Source: Convolutriloba macropyga
Lineage: Eukaryota
DNA: 64,000 bases
Reading direction: 5' to 3'
Assembly (NCBI RefSeq): GCF_964194025.1
Contig: NC_134471.1
Coordinates: forward strand, 62,496,001 to 62,560,000
Below are positions 12,871 through 26,612 of this stretch, piece by piece. The position numbers were made by a program, and so were the translations under genes. Each line of letters opens with the position of its first letter. Positions within the stretch are counted from its first letter, which is position 1. Below the pieces are notes generated by a model. It was not told the DNA's origin and ran no database searches. It saw only the letters and a list, made by a program, of their open reading frames with translations.

Positions 12871-15179
12871 ATTTTAGACAGTCGCCAAGAGAGCAGAATA
12901 ATACCAGAATATTGCCAGTCTAATTTCTCTTGAAATATCATTGCTCAAAATATTTTTTTCGCTTACTCAGCAACGATCTTTCAGCATATAAAATTGAACC
13001 TCTCTCTACCATGAGAATAAAACAACATGACAGGTAAAAAAAAACGTTCGATATAAGAAAGAACAATACGCTTTTAACTGATTCTTTTATTGCACAGGCC
13101 ATTCCAATTTATATTAGTCTGTCTTCTAATATTAGACTGAAAACAACATCGAAAGCTTCCATAAAAAAGAACTGAAAGAATATGTTTGGAAAAACATTTT
13201 GAAGGACCCAAAAGTAATTGATATGAAAGATGACATTCAGAGCATTAGATTTTAATTTTTATTTCAAAACTTCATGATGTACATAAAAAAAAGTGAGAAC
13301 ATTTTATGTTTGAATTTTAGGCCATTTTTTATAAATGTAAGGTCAAATTTTTAGTTAAGTAATTTAATGATTTTATAATTTTACATAATGTTATATTCCT
13401 TAACTTTACATTGCCTCTTTTACCATTTGCTTTTTATTCTTATGTGTATCAGAGGAAATTAACAAGGTTTTTTTAGATACCAGCGTTTTCAGTGGTTTGA
13501 CACTTGTTTTCTAATACCAAGAAAAAGGCTTTTCCCATAAATACATTGTTCCTCACATTTTGTTCAGCCCGTTTATAATTGTAATTGCACTGGAAAATTG
13601 TCCACTTATTCTGATAATTTCCTGAGACGTTTCCCACTTAACCTGAAAATTTCCTAAAATGTTGACAAGGACAACAAAGTATTTCCCAGAAATTTACCGG
13701 CATAAAAAGGCAGCTTTTTCGGAAAATAACGAAAATAAGCAGACATTTTTTTCACGAAATGTTATTCACGTCAGCATTCCTGGTAAATGTTCCGCCGGAG
13801 TATTGGGGAAACTTATCGGGAAAAATACAGCATAAACCTCATTGCTATCGCAAAATATTGCACTGATTGGCTTTGTAACTTTAACTTAGAAACAGGACAC
13901 AAAGCAGAAACATATAGCACATTTCTTGAAAAAATTAATTTCTGAAATGTGTCGAGAATCACCAATTTAAGTTTGAATTATTCAAAATTTTGACTACGAA
14001 CCATATTTATTAGGTTGACTGAGACTTTATTTAGTCTCTGATATCAAGGAATTCTTTAAATAATTTCTTGCAATGGCCGTGGAATAGAACACGAAAGAAT
14101 TCAAAACCGTGAGTCGTTTTCCAAACAATGTAAAACAATCTTTTCAAAAAAATCTACATAGCAGCAGCAATTATTTACAACGTTAAATCTGAATTGTTTT
14201 GATTCATTTCACTCAGATCACCTGATACCTTAGAAGGTTTCTTTGTTAAAAAGTTTCAATAATTAAGCAGATACTGTCCCTATTGAATGAATTAAACCAA
14301 ATGAGGAATTTTAAAAAAATTCATTTAAATTTCAATAAATTTTATTGAGAATGTTACTTAGAACATAACAAAAAAACGGAAAATTTATTGCACATAAAAA
14401 TGAAGGCTCTAATTTGACAAACTGTTATAATATATGGAATAGAAAGTAATTTTATAATATGGATGATATGACAAGAATTGCTAATAATTTGGAGGTTTAT
14501 TCAAGATTTAAAAAATATCGGCTGTTTTTTCTCCGTGCGGTCATTGCATAGCATGATATTTTTATGAAAATTGCTGGCTTTCTTCTGGATTACCTCTTTT
14601 TTATTGTTCCACAAATATTGACAGTCTTAGGCAAACAAAAGAACCCACCATCAATTGCTCAATTTTTGTATTAATAAAAACCTAGCTAGCTATGCTTTCT
14701 GCTTGATTGAAGTTGTTTTGTGAATGTTCACTACCATTTTTAATGTGTTTTCGTTCTTTTTGTGAAGTATCTATCGAATCTTGAAAAATGTAAAAAATCT
14801 CTTCCACTTTTGGTGTCTGGTTGCTTCTGGTTAAAAATCAAGTCAGTATTAGATGTACTTTGCGGGAGCCACGTTTTCAAACTATTAGGTAAGTTTGAAT
14901 TATATTGGAATACGTTTTAAAAAATCGGCTATCTTGCTAGAGCAATGCAAAATAAATATTTGCAATAAACTTCTGAAATTTTCCTTGGGAGCTCTAAAAA
15001 AGAAGTATTGTGTAATAACTTGATGTTTATTCTGTTTTGTTTGATACTTTTATGGTGAAATTCCTGGAATTATTTCCTTTCTCTCCTACTGGAGTTACAA
15101 ATGATTGTGTCTGTTGAAAGCAGCAGAACGTGCAACAAATAAGGGGAGAAAAATTGCTGACATAAACAACATTTTCGAA

Positions 15180-15490
15180 AAAAATTAAACAGAGAACGCT
15201 AGGAATCTCTGGAACTAATTCAGAGACATATCACCAAAAACAAGAAAAAAACACAAAGATGCTTGTTTCAAACATTGCAGCAGTGAACACTGGAGTTCAA
15301 TGAAAGTCTTTCGATTTTCTTTCAAATTTCTTCCTATATAAATTTTTGAAACGAAAAATTAATCGAAGAAGGCCAGGAATTTTCGGAACTATTTCAGGGA
15401 ACTATGAACAAAAACAATGAAATAACCCAAATACTTTGGAATCATACCTCACAGAAACAAACTATACTGGAGCTAAATGAGTGTGTTGCA
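15180..15490. repeat. Diverged ~175-bp direct duplication
   Basis: GGAA..T.GGAACTA.TTCAG...AAAAACAA...ACTGGAG.T.AATGA occurs at ~15200-15302 and ~15375-15480. Confidence 0.5.
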
Positions 15491-16863
15491 ATATTTTTGT
15501 ACGTTCGCAATATTGTCGAAACCCGCATCTCATGCACGTTGTTGTAAGGGATCTGCAACATGGGACTATGGAAATGTTGATTTGACATATTATTTTTTAA
15601 ATTTCAATCTAATTTTATTTAAAAGTAAAATTGAATAAAATTTTTGGAACGAAAATGTTTTGTGGAAGCGTTTTTGAAATCTGATTGTTTCGCTTTTAAA
15701 CTGCAGAGATCCATAATGAAGTGAGCTTTTGATAAGAAAGGCAGAATGGTTTATTTATGAAATTTTTTGATGAATTATTTTGATTTTTCAAAATTTTGTA
15801 TTGCTCAGGGAATCCAATCCTGTTAGATTAAGACCGAAAGATGCGTGATCATTTTTCTGTTGCAATCTCCAAATTTACCCATGTTTTTTCCTAAATTTAT
15901 ATAGAAAGATTTTTATTGTTTGAGGAGAGGTGCAAAAGTGGAAAGTGCTACAACTAAAAATGTTTGGAAAACTGAATGGCTTGTTGAGGAGATACTTCTT
16001 GCATTTTCGCTATATCAGAACACTAAAGAGAATTCAATTTTTTACTTGTTGTGTACTTGTTTACTTTCTCAGCCAGTATTTTTTTTTCACTTTGAAAGCC
16101 TTGGAAGTTTTTACATCTGCGGGACAAGTTGACGCTCAAAATATTTTTCAAAACATTTCACAGCTTTCAAAGCCTCATCTACTCTTATGTACTTAAATAT
16201 ACTTTATATAGTTTAGAAACTTTGTTTCTTAACAGATGGAAGTTATCGTTAACTGAAACTCAGAATGAGGCAGATATAGATGACAAAATTGAAACTCGTA
16301 GGCAAAAACGAAATATTTTTTTTGTAAGTTAGTGCAGAAAATAGTTGAAATTTTGCGTGAATGCAATTGAAAACTTGGATTTTAAAAAAATTAAAGTTTC
16401 CTTAATCCAACAACAATTTGCCTGAGTTCGCATTTGCCTCTCAATGTGTTTTTGAGTGTTATCTGGTTTTGAAATTCCTTACAGCAAACCGCTTAAGCGA
16501 CAATTTTAGTTGATTAATTTTTCTTCAAATTCCCTATATCAGTATCAGAGAAAGTTAATTTAATATTTGTTTTTATATCGTAGAGTAAATGGGGAAAAAT
16601 TGTATTCTGAAAATTCAGTTCCCAAAATTGAGCCCCCTGTTTTCTAATAATCTTTTTGGCACTCTAGCCTGCACCCAATATCGCAAAGTTTTTCCTATAT
16701 CATCATTTTTGTTCTAGAACAAAGCAAAAGTTTATCGCATTCAACTCAATAAAAATTTTGAAGTCTTTCTCTTTGTTACTAAAAGGAAATTAGATTTTTT
16801 AAATTCATTTTTGGATTAAACTGAGCTTCGATTAATATAGCTGTTAGAATAATGAAAATATTA

Positions 16864-17952
16864 CCCAGGTTTTGGTCCAGACCCAAATTGAGCTATGATC
16901 AGACCCAATCGAGCGCACACCCCTGTGTTCCCAGACCGAAATTACAGGGTCTGGAAAGCGGTTCGAGCGCACAGTAGTCTGGACAATGGTCTGATTTCGG
17001 TCTGATCAGAGGTTAATTCGGTCTGGACGGTCTGATCATAGTCTTTATAGTCTGGACCATGGTCTGGGTTCGGTCTGCTCAGAGGTCAATTCGGTCTGGA
17101 AGGTCTGACCATAGTCTTTATAGTCTGGACCATGGTCTGGATTCGGTCTGATCAGAGGTCAATTCCGTCTGGAAGGTCTGATTTCTAGTGCATTTTTTTT
17201 TCAATTTTTAGTTTCTTTTATTGAGGAATGTTGGCTCTGCCAAGAGGCAACAACAAAGCAGCGTTCCGATCAGAGACTCATCTTAAAGTCCGATGACTCT
17301 GATCAGAAACAAGGAGTCCAGCTGATAGCAAATGCCGGTCCCCTCAAGAGGAATTTTTGATTAACTGAAGACCACGACGTTTCTTGTGGAAAGCTGTCTA
17401 AGTTCATCCATTGAGTCAGAAATATGAACTAAGGGGTATGGTAAAATAAAAAATTTTTTCTCAACAGTTAGGTTTCGTTTTCATTAGCAATATTTTCAGA
17501 ATTGGCTTTTCCTTAGATGATTTTAATACTGCAAACACCAGTTTTTATGAAATGAATATATTATAGCAAAATTAAGAGATTTGTTCATAATTATAATCTT
17601 TCTCTGATCAGACTATTTTGAGCGCACTTGAGTCTGATCATAGTCTGATTAGGGTCTGGGCAATGGTCTGAAATTGAGTCTGGACCATGGTCTGAAGATG
17701 GTCTGATCATAGTCTCTTTATAGTCTGGACAATGGTCTGAATTTGGGTCTGATCATAAACGCACTATAGTCTGGACAGTGGTCTGGGTTCGGTCTGATCA
17801 GAGGACATTTTGGTCTGGAAAGTCTGATCAGAGATCATTTTGGTCTGGAAGGTCTGACCAGAGGTAACTTCGGTCTGGAAAGTCTGATCAGAGGTCATTT
17901 CCGTCTGCATAGTCTGATCATAGCTCAATTTGGGTCTGGGCCTAAACCTGGG
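16864..17952. mobile_element. Non-autonomous DNA transposon (EnSpm/CACTA-like, CCCAG termini) with 41-bp TIRs and TA flanks
   Basis: Left CCCAGGTTTTGGTCCAGACCCAAATTGAGCTATGATCAGAC matches the reverse complement of the right end with 2 mismatches. TA on both sides (16862-16863, 17953-17954). Many internal 30-bp GGTCTGATCAGAGGTCAATTCGGTCTGGAA-type repeats. Confidence 0.85.
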
Positions 17953-18335
17953 TAGTGATCTATATTGGAAATTCAAAGAATGCTGATCAAAAAATTGTTC
18001 AAATCACAAAATTGCCGATAAAAATTATTTCGACTATTTGAGATACGTTTCTCGTAAAAAATATAAATAGTCATATTATTTCAGGAATATGGTTTAACGT
18101 AGTTTTATATCAGTATAAATATAGTGTAAAAATATTTAGAGAGGTCCACTACCCGTTAAAGGCTCCCTTCCAAAGAGAAAAAAATCACGCGAAGCACTTA
18201 AAAGCTTTTGAGGAGAAGCACGAACACGTGATCAGAACACTTGATGTTTTTTTGGCCGTGTTTGTTTTAAAAGAACGGAGAGCCAAGCATATTTATTCCA
18301 GTTTTAACTTGACTTTAGATATTAAAAGATATTTT

Positions 18336-18508
18336 GGATCTTTTCCGTTTGTGCCCCCCCCCCCCCCCAGCTTAGTGGGCGCATATTATTTGCGCCCCCC
18401 AGACGCACGTGCCATATTTTTACATGATGAGCTACTATGTAATGGCACGTGCTCTGTAACTGGGGGCGCATAACGTAATGGGGGGGGGGGCACAAACGGA
18501 AAAGATCC
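18336..18508. mobile_element. 173-bp MITE, GG...CC termini, 8-bp TSD GATATTTT (Merlin-like)
   Basis: TIR GGATCTTTTCCGTTTGTG + C-run; GATATTTT at 18328-18335 and 18509-18516. Confidence 0.85.
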
Positions 18509-18601
18509 GATATTTTTTGAGTTCCATACTTTGACTTCAAATTGCTACTAATTGTTCGTGTCCCCTCTTCACTCTTACCTCTTTGAAACAGAAGATTATT
18601 T

Positions 18602-18766
18602 GGATCCTTTCCGTTTATGCCCCCCCCCCCCCCCAGCTTAGTGGGCGCATATTATTTGCACCCCCAGACACATAATTTTACATAATGATTTAATATGTAA
18701 TGGCACGTGCTCTGTAATTGCGGGTGCATAACGTACTGGGGGGGGGGGCACAAACGGAAAAGATCC
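18602..18766. mobile_element. 165-bp MITE of the same family, 8-bp TSD GATTATTT
   Basis: Same TIR and body as 18336-18508; GATTATTT at 18594-18601 and 18767-18774. Confidence 0.85.
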
Positions 18767-19018
18767 GATTATTTATATGTTGGAAAACCTCTTGCGCGAA
18801 GCCCAGCTGGTGCCAATTCCTCTTGTCGTACTTTAGGTTTAAAAACTACGTACAATATTTTCCTTTTAGGTTTCGTGCATTGTTACCTTTTGTTCTTCAA
18901 TTATATTGCAGTAAATGTTCTTTCTTCGCAAACTTGGCTAGAAACTGTAACTTTGAAAGTGAAAAAAAATGTTGTAGTGAAATATTGGCAATGGAGACAC
19001 AGAGTTGGATTGTCCTCC

Positions 19019-19650
19019 CTAATTTTCTCTCAATTTAAAGAAGAGCGTCAAATTGCCTTGAAAAAGTCTTGGTCGTGTAGATTGACAAGAAAGTTGTCGT
19101 CTGTGGCATCTGACAAGAAAGGCATCTGTGAGGTGAGAAGACACAGACAACTGGCTGAATTCTTCCAAAACGCACGGAAAACGATCTGAACTTGGGGCGG
19201 CGGTGGGAGAAAAATTCAAGAACTTTACCACCAGTTTGGAGCCTCACTCTTATTTGCTTTTGTACTGGAAACTTTACCCGGAAGTATATTGATCATTTTC
19301 GCCAAATTGACGAGAACGGATTTTGTTTTGTGAACCCTGTCGGATAAGAAATCAAGGTTACTTTTTCAAGCAAAAAATAGCCCCTCAAAATTGATTAACG
19401 CCGTGAAAGGGACAGACAGCTATTGAAAAAAAAACATTATAGAGAATCATTTTTCAGTAACGGGATTACATACATCAAATATTCTGTTTGGTTGTTTTCC
19501 ACAGTTGACAAGATACCTTACTGCTTCTTCCATGCGAGCGTACAGCAACACATCTGGAAAAACTGGAGATTCCTCGTTGAAATTAGTTGCACCCATTCCT
19601 GAAAAAGACAAAACTGATAATATCATGAATTGAAAGAATACCATAATCAT
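19019..19650 (-). pseudogene. Probable trypsin-like protease remnant whose 5' part survives as a 67-aa signal-peptide ORF (19447-19650)
   Basis: Signal peptide MIMVFFQFMILSVLSFSGMGA; zymogen-like CG...R|IFDV; after a frameshift QF*GA (for FCGG); later IRVRL and NLTLFFKL resembling the VRLG and DIALLKL regions. Confidence 0.45.
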
Positions 19651-19929
19651 TTTATTGTAAACAATAAGCTTAAAGTTGTTAGGTTATTTCTCAAATCTCA
19701 ACATTTCTAACCAAAAATTTTTTCTCGTTTCAAAAATGATACAATTATGTATTTGAAAAATCGTTAGGTTGTCAACTGTTTCTTGCTTCTACTCTTGAGT
19801 TGCATTCCAAATGATAATGATATTGAATAGCTTTTCCTCATCATTAAAAAGAACGTATATAATTCATAATTTTAAATCAAATTGTTTTACGTGGGTTGAT
19901 GTGGGATTAGCTAATTATTTCGTATACTT

Positions 19930-20945
19930 CGCACCCGCAGTACACTTCGATGCGGTTTAAATTAACAAATTTCACGTTTTTTTGCAATATAATCTTCGTT
20001 TATTCTTCTCATTAGGCCGCAGAGGTATACCCAAATCGTCACGGGCGAATATGCCAGATTTGTGTATCTCGTGTTCGTTTTTCCTATTTTAAAACATTGA
20101 AAATGCAACAATAATGCAAAAAATAGTTACTTTATCAAAAAACAGGCAAAGTTGAAGGGAATTGCGCAACCCGTGTTCGGAAAAGTGTCCAAATTTAAGC
20201 CGCGAATTAAAAGTAAAAGCTATGTATCCTATTTTTCGCCCGCTTTGTATCACGAATCTGCTCCATTTATGTATCTCTTTTTTACACGCCGCAACGTAAC
20301 TCGATTCCGCACTATAATCCGCAATTAAGCCTAACTTAATTACTACTTAATTAATTAAGCCTAACTTATTACTACTAGTAGTACTTTATTACTACTTATT
20401 ACTACTTTATTACTACTTATAGTACTTATTGTACTTATAGTACTTATAGTACTTATTACTTCTTATTAGTACTATTTATTACTACTTATTAAAATCGGTC
20501 AGTCCCACATTGACATACAAAACCTTTGAGTTGCGAGGGATTTTTCGGAAAAAATTCTGTTTTTGGTGTTGACTTTATTTAAACCACTTTGAAGCTTTGA
20601 AAGCTTCAATTGAATCTTTATTAAATTGCTTATTTCAAAGTTTTAAATCAATTTGCATGCTCAAAAAGCGCGCGTTTAATTCGGCTCAATTGCGGACTAG
20701 AGATTCTTTTAATGCAAATAATAGATACCTAAAATGAGCGGAAACGTGCTACAAGACTTGTGACCTATTTTACTATTTGAAAGTTCTTTTATTTCGCAAA
20801 ATTGGCGAAACCCCTTTTCCGAGTAAAGGTAAAAAGTAAAAATACAAAGGATGTCCCCTAATTTTGTTCAATTTATGTATCTCATATTCGAGCGAATTTT
20901 AGTAAGGCGGAAATTTTGGGGTATACCTCTGCGGTGTAATGCTTT
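19930..20945. mobile_element. Old foldback/MITE-like element with degenerate long inverted arms
   Basis: CCGCAGAGGTATACCC (~20017) versus GGGTATACCTCTGCGG (~20918); CCGCAATTAAGCC (~20319) versus GGCTCAATTGCGG (~20683). Ends not defined. Confidence 0.45.
20336..20492. repeat. Low-complexity TACTACTTAT / TAGTACTTA simple repeat
   Basis: Visible 9-10-bp periodicity. Confidence 0.85.
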
Positions 20946-21966
20946 TCATCCAACATCTGGACTCCAGCGAAAACATAACTCATCATTTTTAAATCGCCGA
21001 TTTGGTCAAAGGAGCTTGCAAGGTTACCCAGTTGGTGAATTGCTAATTGAAAATGAAATAACCCCAGGGAAAACAAATATTTGTAAATGCTTCGGTCTCA
21101 ATTCTTTGATATCTACACGTCTTCTCACATCTATCTTGCTTCTGAATGCAAAAAAAAGAAAAAGTGATTGGTTAAAGTAGTCATTAATGATCTGTTTTGA
21201 TACAACCAATGCTTTAAGACAGGATCAGTGAGCTGAACCCCACCGAAGGACGTGCCTGATGGGATTCATTTAATGTTTCACTAAACTTCTTTTAAATTTC
21301 ACTTTGAGACTTTTCGTTAATTTTTTTTTAATCTTCAAAATCAACCTATAGGATCTGCTGTTACTGACGTTTCTTTTAATGGAAACAAAAGAAAGTTCCC
21401 AATGCGTTGAATTCGAGTAGCCCTGATAAGATCCAAGATTTTTCCCGCAAAGATCCAGGAAATAAGTTGGGAAGATCTGATGATCTAACCGGGTAACTTA
21501 CCGCGGATTGTAAGGTAGGGTACGGGTGGAGTAGGATCACGCATATCCCCGCACGAAATCCTGTCAGGGAAGATTCCTGACAGGACATGCGAGACACAGA
21601 ACCTCCTCCAAGGGTTTTTAGACATTTTTTTGACTTTTTCGAGAAAACCAATATAGTTATGAATCTGATCATGACTTTTGAGAAATTTTCCAATAAATTG
21701 CCTGGAAACCCGTCTGACTTCAAAAATAATCCCGAAAGAAATCAAGGAACGTGTCTCACTAATTTTTGTCCTAGAAATGGTAGGATTCCCGGTATTCCCG
21801 ACAGGACTCGCAGGATTGGATACACTGGTTTGAGCTATGAAAAGAAGGCGAGTTCTTTACTTTTCATTTTGGAGAACTTTTGCATCAGGGGTCATTTAGA
21901 GGTTAATACTTCCAGGCAACGAAGGAAAAAGCATTTTAATTGTTATTGATAAAAGTGCTTTTAAAA

Positions 21967-22300
21967 CTATGTACATAATCGGAACAAACCATAAACTGTG
22001 TATAAATAATTTTTGTCCTTCTGGGATCCATTACAACGTCGAATAGCTTCGTGAACAGGCCGCACCATTGTGCGCAGCTCAATGAGTCCGATGTCGTACC
22101 CCACATCTCTGTTGTTTCCATTTACAAAGCTGAAAAATTGCGCATTTGTTCCAGTTGTTCGGGGAAAATATATAGGCAACAAATTAGAAGGCATCAAATT
22201 TGCTTTGCTTTCTGAATCCAGCGTTGTCCGTTCTCCCATGTTTTAAGATAGGGCTTTATAGGCTTTCGTGGGCAACAGTAACGCCAACAGAAACTAGTTC
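21967..22300 (-). pseudogene. Trypsin-like protease remnant, Asp102 region
   Basis: DVGYDIGLIELRTMVRPVHEAIRRC...YTVYGL matches DIALIxL...PIxLC...xVxGW. Out-of-frame VTVAHE upstream may be the TAAHC remnant. Confidence 0.55.
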
Positions 22301-22324
22301 AAATTTGCTCAAAAATCTAGGAAT

Positions 22325-23465
22325 TCGTCAAAAATGTCCGCAATTGCGGAACTTGATGGCGCGCGAGAAAGGAGGACAGATTTTGCCGCTATTATCCGCA
22401 AACTTACGTCCCTAATATCCGCGCCTAGGTAACTATTTTCCGCGGTTTAATGGTCACTTATTTCCACAGTTTTTGATGTCTTTGTCACTATTGTCTGGGT
22501 CGCTATTGTCCGCAATTAATGTAACTATTATCCGTGTCTTTATTATCCGCAACTTTAAAATCACTATTACACGGGGCTAATAGTTAGAAAGTAGCTTAAT
22601 TGTTTTAATTGCTCTCAATTGCTTAAATTTTTTTCACAAAGAGGGGGGAACTATTGTCCCTAAAGAGTCAGGATGGATTTTAAATGCAAAAGCTGATAGA
22701 CGAAAGAACACTAACAGAGAAAAAATTACTACCAACGACTGATGAACAACGAGTCATGCAAAATGACTTATGAACTACATGACAAATTTTTCGTATAAAA
22801 ATTTCTCAACGAATATTTTCTGTTAAATCAATCAATAACAACTGTAATTAATTATATACACGGGATTTTTATTAAATTAATCAAAGGACCAATTTTATCT
22901 ATAAAATGAAACAGTACTGAGGGAATTGTTTCAAAACAAACATAAGACCAAGTTTATCCATAAATAAAAACAACACTGGAGGGCTTTATTAACATAATCA
23001 AATGGCTATTTTTAAATATATCGAAAAAAGCACTGAGTGACTTGTATTAAAAAATCTGACGCTAATTATAATAAAGCCTAGTTTTGCCTCAATTAGTGGT
23101 TGACGCCATTCAGAATGATTGCCACTGAGTCAAATTCAATGTCAGATGATCTAGAACAGATACCTACGTGCTAATTGCAGCGCATTTTTTGTGTGCTTTT
23201 CTTAAATCTAAATTGTGGACAAAGCTGACAATTTTCTGTCCTTGATTTTAAATTTTCTGTCCTTGAAATTAACCGCAGCATAATTATTTTTAAATTAGGG
23301 AGCGGCATAAAATTGAAATGGAATAAATAATCATGCTCAAAATTGCGGACTGTGATCACAGTTTCCCCACTCACAAATTGCTGACATTTGTGACATAAAA
23401 ACGTGATTTTTCAAGATCAGTGACGGAATTTTGTTCCGATTGTCCGCCGCATTTCTTGTCATTGT
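22325..23465. mobile_element. Degenerate TIR-type element with repeated (T/A)GTCCGC / TATCCGC motifs
   Basis: Many TTATCCGC/TGTCCGC motifs at 22335-22575 and inverted AATTGCGGAC/AATTGTGGAC at 23210-23350. Boundaries approximate. Confidence 0.35.
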
Positions 23466-25849
23466 TGTTCACAATTTAATCAATTTTATACCACGCGAAA
23501 TGGATTGACAATAGAATGCTATTCGTGATCGCAAACGCCGACTCCACGAAAATTGTAGGGCTTTCGACGTAATGTAAAGTTTTCACGCTTTTAAAAAAAC
23601 GAGAGAGCCTTTGCTGGTACCAGTTTTTTGTCAGACAGTTTTTGATTTTTATTGAGTTTCCTGCTAACTCATCTCCAATAATCTGTACGATTGTTGCTTC
23701 CACGATTCCACAAAAAAGAAAAAAAATCGGAATGCTCACAGTTCTGATAAAATTTGCGGACGCTACTTTTTTTGTATTTTTTTTTCATGAAATACTACTT
23801 TGCGCAGCGCAATAACTTTGCAAACAACACGACAAAGTAACCATGAATTCTGGTGATAGTCAGAGAAAATGAGATTGAAAAATCATCTCAAAACTTTGAA
23901 ATGTAACGTCCTTTTTGTGCTTCAGAGCAAACAGTGTTTTTAGAACAGCCACACATTTCTGTCAGACCATTTTTGGCTGGTTTTGAGAACATCCATGATC
24001 AACATATATGGCAGCGGTTGAACGGGTTCTGGGTCTTGGCTTTAAGAAGCAAACTAAGAATCAAAAGATCCTTTTCTATAAAAGTTCTTTTGAGTGAAGA
24101 CTTAAAGTGAATTTTTGCACTTAGAAAAATTTTAATTAAAATTTCAGAGTTTTTACCCATTTTTGATGACCTCGTAGATTTTTGTCTACTTTTCTGCCAT
24201 GGAATCCATCCCCAAAATAGCAAACGCTAGATGGAGTCCATAACACTACAGTTGTCCCCAGTTTGATTTATATTTACTAATGGTTTTTATCAAAAAAAAA
24301 CAAGAAACCAAAGAATTAGAATGAAAGAGTAAGTCGAGGTTATAGTTTTAATTTTTTAGGAAATCTGAAATTTTAGGATTTTCTGGTCCAGTTGAGAAAC
24401 CCATGGAGCACCGGCAAATTGTTTGCCTGATTAGAACTAAAACACAATGCTTTATTCTTTTTTTCGAATAGAAAAAGGCATAAGAAGGTCGATTCTTGCA
24501 ATTTCGTGCAATTATTTTTTTATTTCTTTGCTTCTTTAAAAATGTTACTTAAAATGTAATTTTTCTTTTTTTGATAAAGAAAAATATGAGACCAACAAAT
24601 CTTTATTTTAAAAGAAGAAAAAAATTGTGGAAATAATATGCTGCTATAATCAAAAAATTGCATGTTACTGAGTGCTCGCTATTTTGACCTATTTCTTTTT
24701 CAGAAGAGATCTACACAACAACGCTGATTATTTCTTCTGAACCCTTTTTGGCCCCCATTTTTTTGCGTTTTGTCGAACGTGAAACTTCAGAGACTAGTTG
24801 ATACAAATGTCTAGGTTCAGTTAGCTTTCGTTCGGGATAAATTTAAAGCATAATTAAAGAAATAAGTTAAAGAAATAATCTTTGTTTGTGCTAGACAATT
24901 AGAAATAATCTTTTGTTTCTCAAGGCATTGAATCAGTTGACAAAAATGTGGCAATGTTAACAACGTTTTCCCAACTTTTGCTTTTCAAAAGAAGGAAACG
25001 CACCATTTTTTTGGTTTTAATTTTGTTTCTGTGCACTTGAGTTTTTTAAGAATCGGCTCAACTCCGCTAATTCCGCTGCTTATTTCTGTCCTTCCGCTTA
25101 CGTACTTCTCACAATTTCATCACAACAATTTTTTATTCTAATATGCATTTCTTTTATATTTGCTTGTAGGTAGGATAAATAAAGAAGACTTAGTTTTTGT
25201 TCTCTTTTTAATACACAGATCACAGCAAAAACTTATCAATAATTTATCATCAAAGAATGTATAAAACCACTGTAGAGGCCTCTGCTGCATCAGCATATGT
25301 ACAAAAACTTTTTCAAATTAAACTCTATTTTGTCAAAAGTTTCATTGAGTTTCTTCACTTTTCAAAAATGCATATAACAGGTTTTCATAGAACGCTTATA
25401 GATTTGCACTTAAAAATTTTAAAGCGATTTAAAAATTCTGGAGACATTATAGCGAATTTAAGGTTTTTTTTATTTCTCTAAGATGTGTCTCAGCAATAGT
25501 TAGTTGCTCGCCTGAGTTCCGAAATAAGTGTTTTTGGTTGGCGTAGCAGCAAATCGATCTTAAAAACGATAGCCAAAAGAACCCTTATAAGAATCTTATA
25601 ATAACAACGGTTATCTGCTAAGAACCTTGCAAAATTAACGGTTATTTGAAGGTGAAGGTGACTTCACAAACAGGAAGCGGTCGTTGACCTTCAGCTAAAA
25701 TGATGTTCTAAATTTTTTTGCGCTTCAACTGTGTATTAATATTGACAACTTTAAGGCATAAGAACTTTATATTCAATTCTCTATTCTTGTTATTTTGTTA
25801 AAACGTACAACATTTGTTATCTTTTATCATCATTTGAAGGATTCAATGA

Positions 25850-26612
25850 ATGGATGATGCAAGTGGAAACCCAGGCTCTTCAGGTCTTGTGAGTAAAAAG
25901 TACACAGAAGACGCGGTAAATACAATAGTTTCCAAGTTGGAAAAAGTTATAAATTTTTCTCAAAAACAGTCGGAAGAAATCAATAAATTTAAGAAGACAA
26001 CAGAAGATTTACACGAATGATTGCGCGCTCAAGAGTGTTATACAAGAAAGGATTCCATTATTATCGTAAAACCCCCATTCGATGCGAGAAAATGTAACAA
26101 TGTGACTGCAGAAGCACTAAATTTTTTTTGCAAATTTACATTCCCTTTGAGAACATAAAGGCTTGCCATATACTGCCCAACACTGGAAATGCGATGCAAT
26201 TGCCGTCGGTAATCTGTAAATTCCTATATTTTGATGATAAAAACAACGTCTATTCAAAAAAGAAAAACACTCCCAAAAACACTCCCAACAAAAAAACACT
26301 CCCTCAGAAAAAAACATGTATATCAACGAACTCCTCCCAGAGAGTGAAGCGAGTATAGCCAACGAAGCAAAAAAAAGCAACATGATCGTGTCCATACACA
26401 ACTGTGTAGTGTCAGTGCTGGTTGAGAACGGCATAAACAAACCAAAGTTTATGAGAGTCAACGAGCTGGAGGATCCTGATAAAGTACAGGCGATTAAAAG
26501 AAAACAAAACTACGACAACGAAAAACCGAACAATCGATCAGAGGAAAACATAACGTCTCCGCCCAAGAAAAGACAATTTGTCGACAACAATAACAGAAAA
26601 ACAAAACAATGA
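25850..26612 (+). pseudogene. LINE ORF1 remnant (coiled coil plus L1/Crack-type RRM)
   Basis: MDDASG... coiled coil, QECYTRKDSIII, IKACHILP, PSVICKF, YINELLP: the ordered motifs of Transposase_22-like ORF1p, with stops and frameshifts. Confidence 0.7.

Noticed and set aside
17764-17976. Repetitive QTEMTSDQTF ORF (likewise 42592-42960 and 3206-3569)
   Set aside because: Translations of transposon subterminal tandem repeats.
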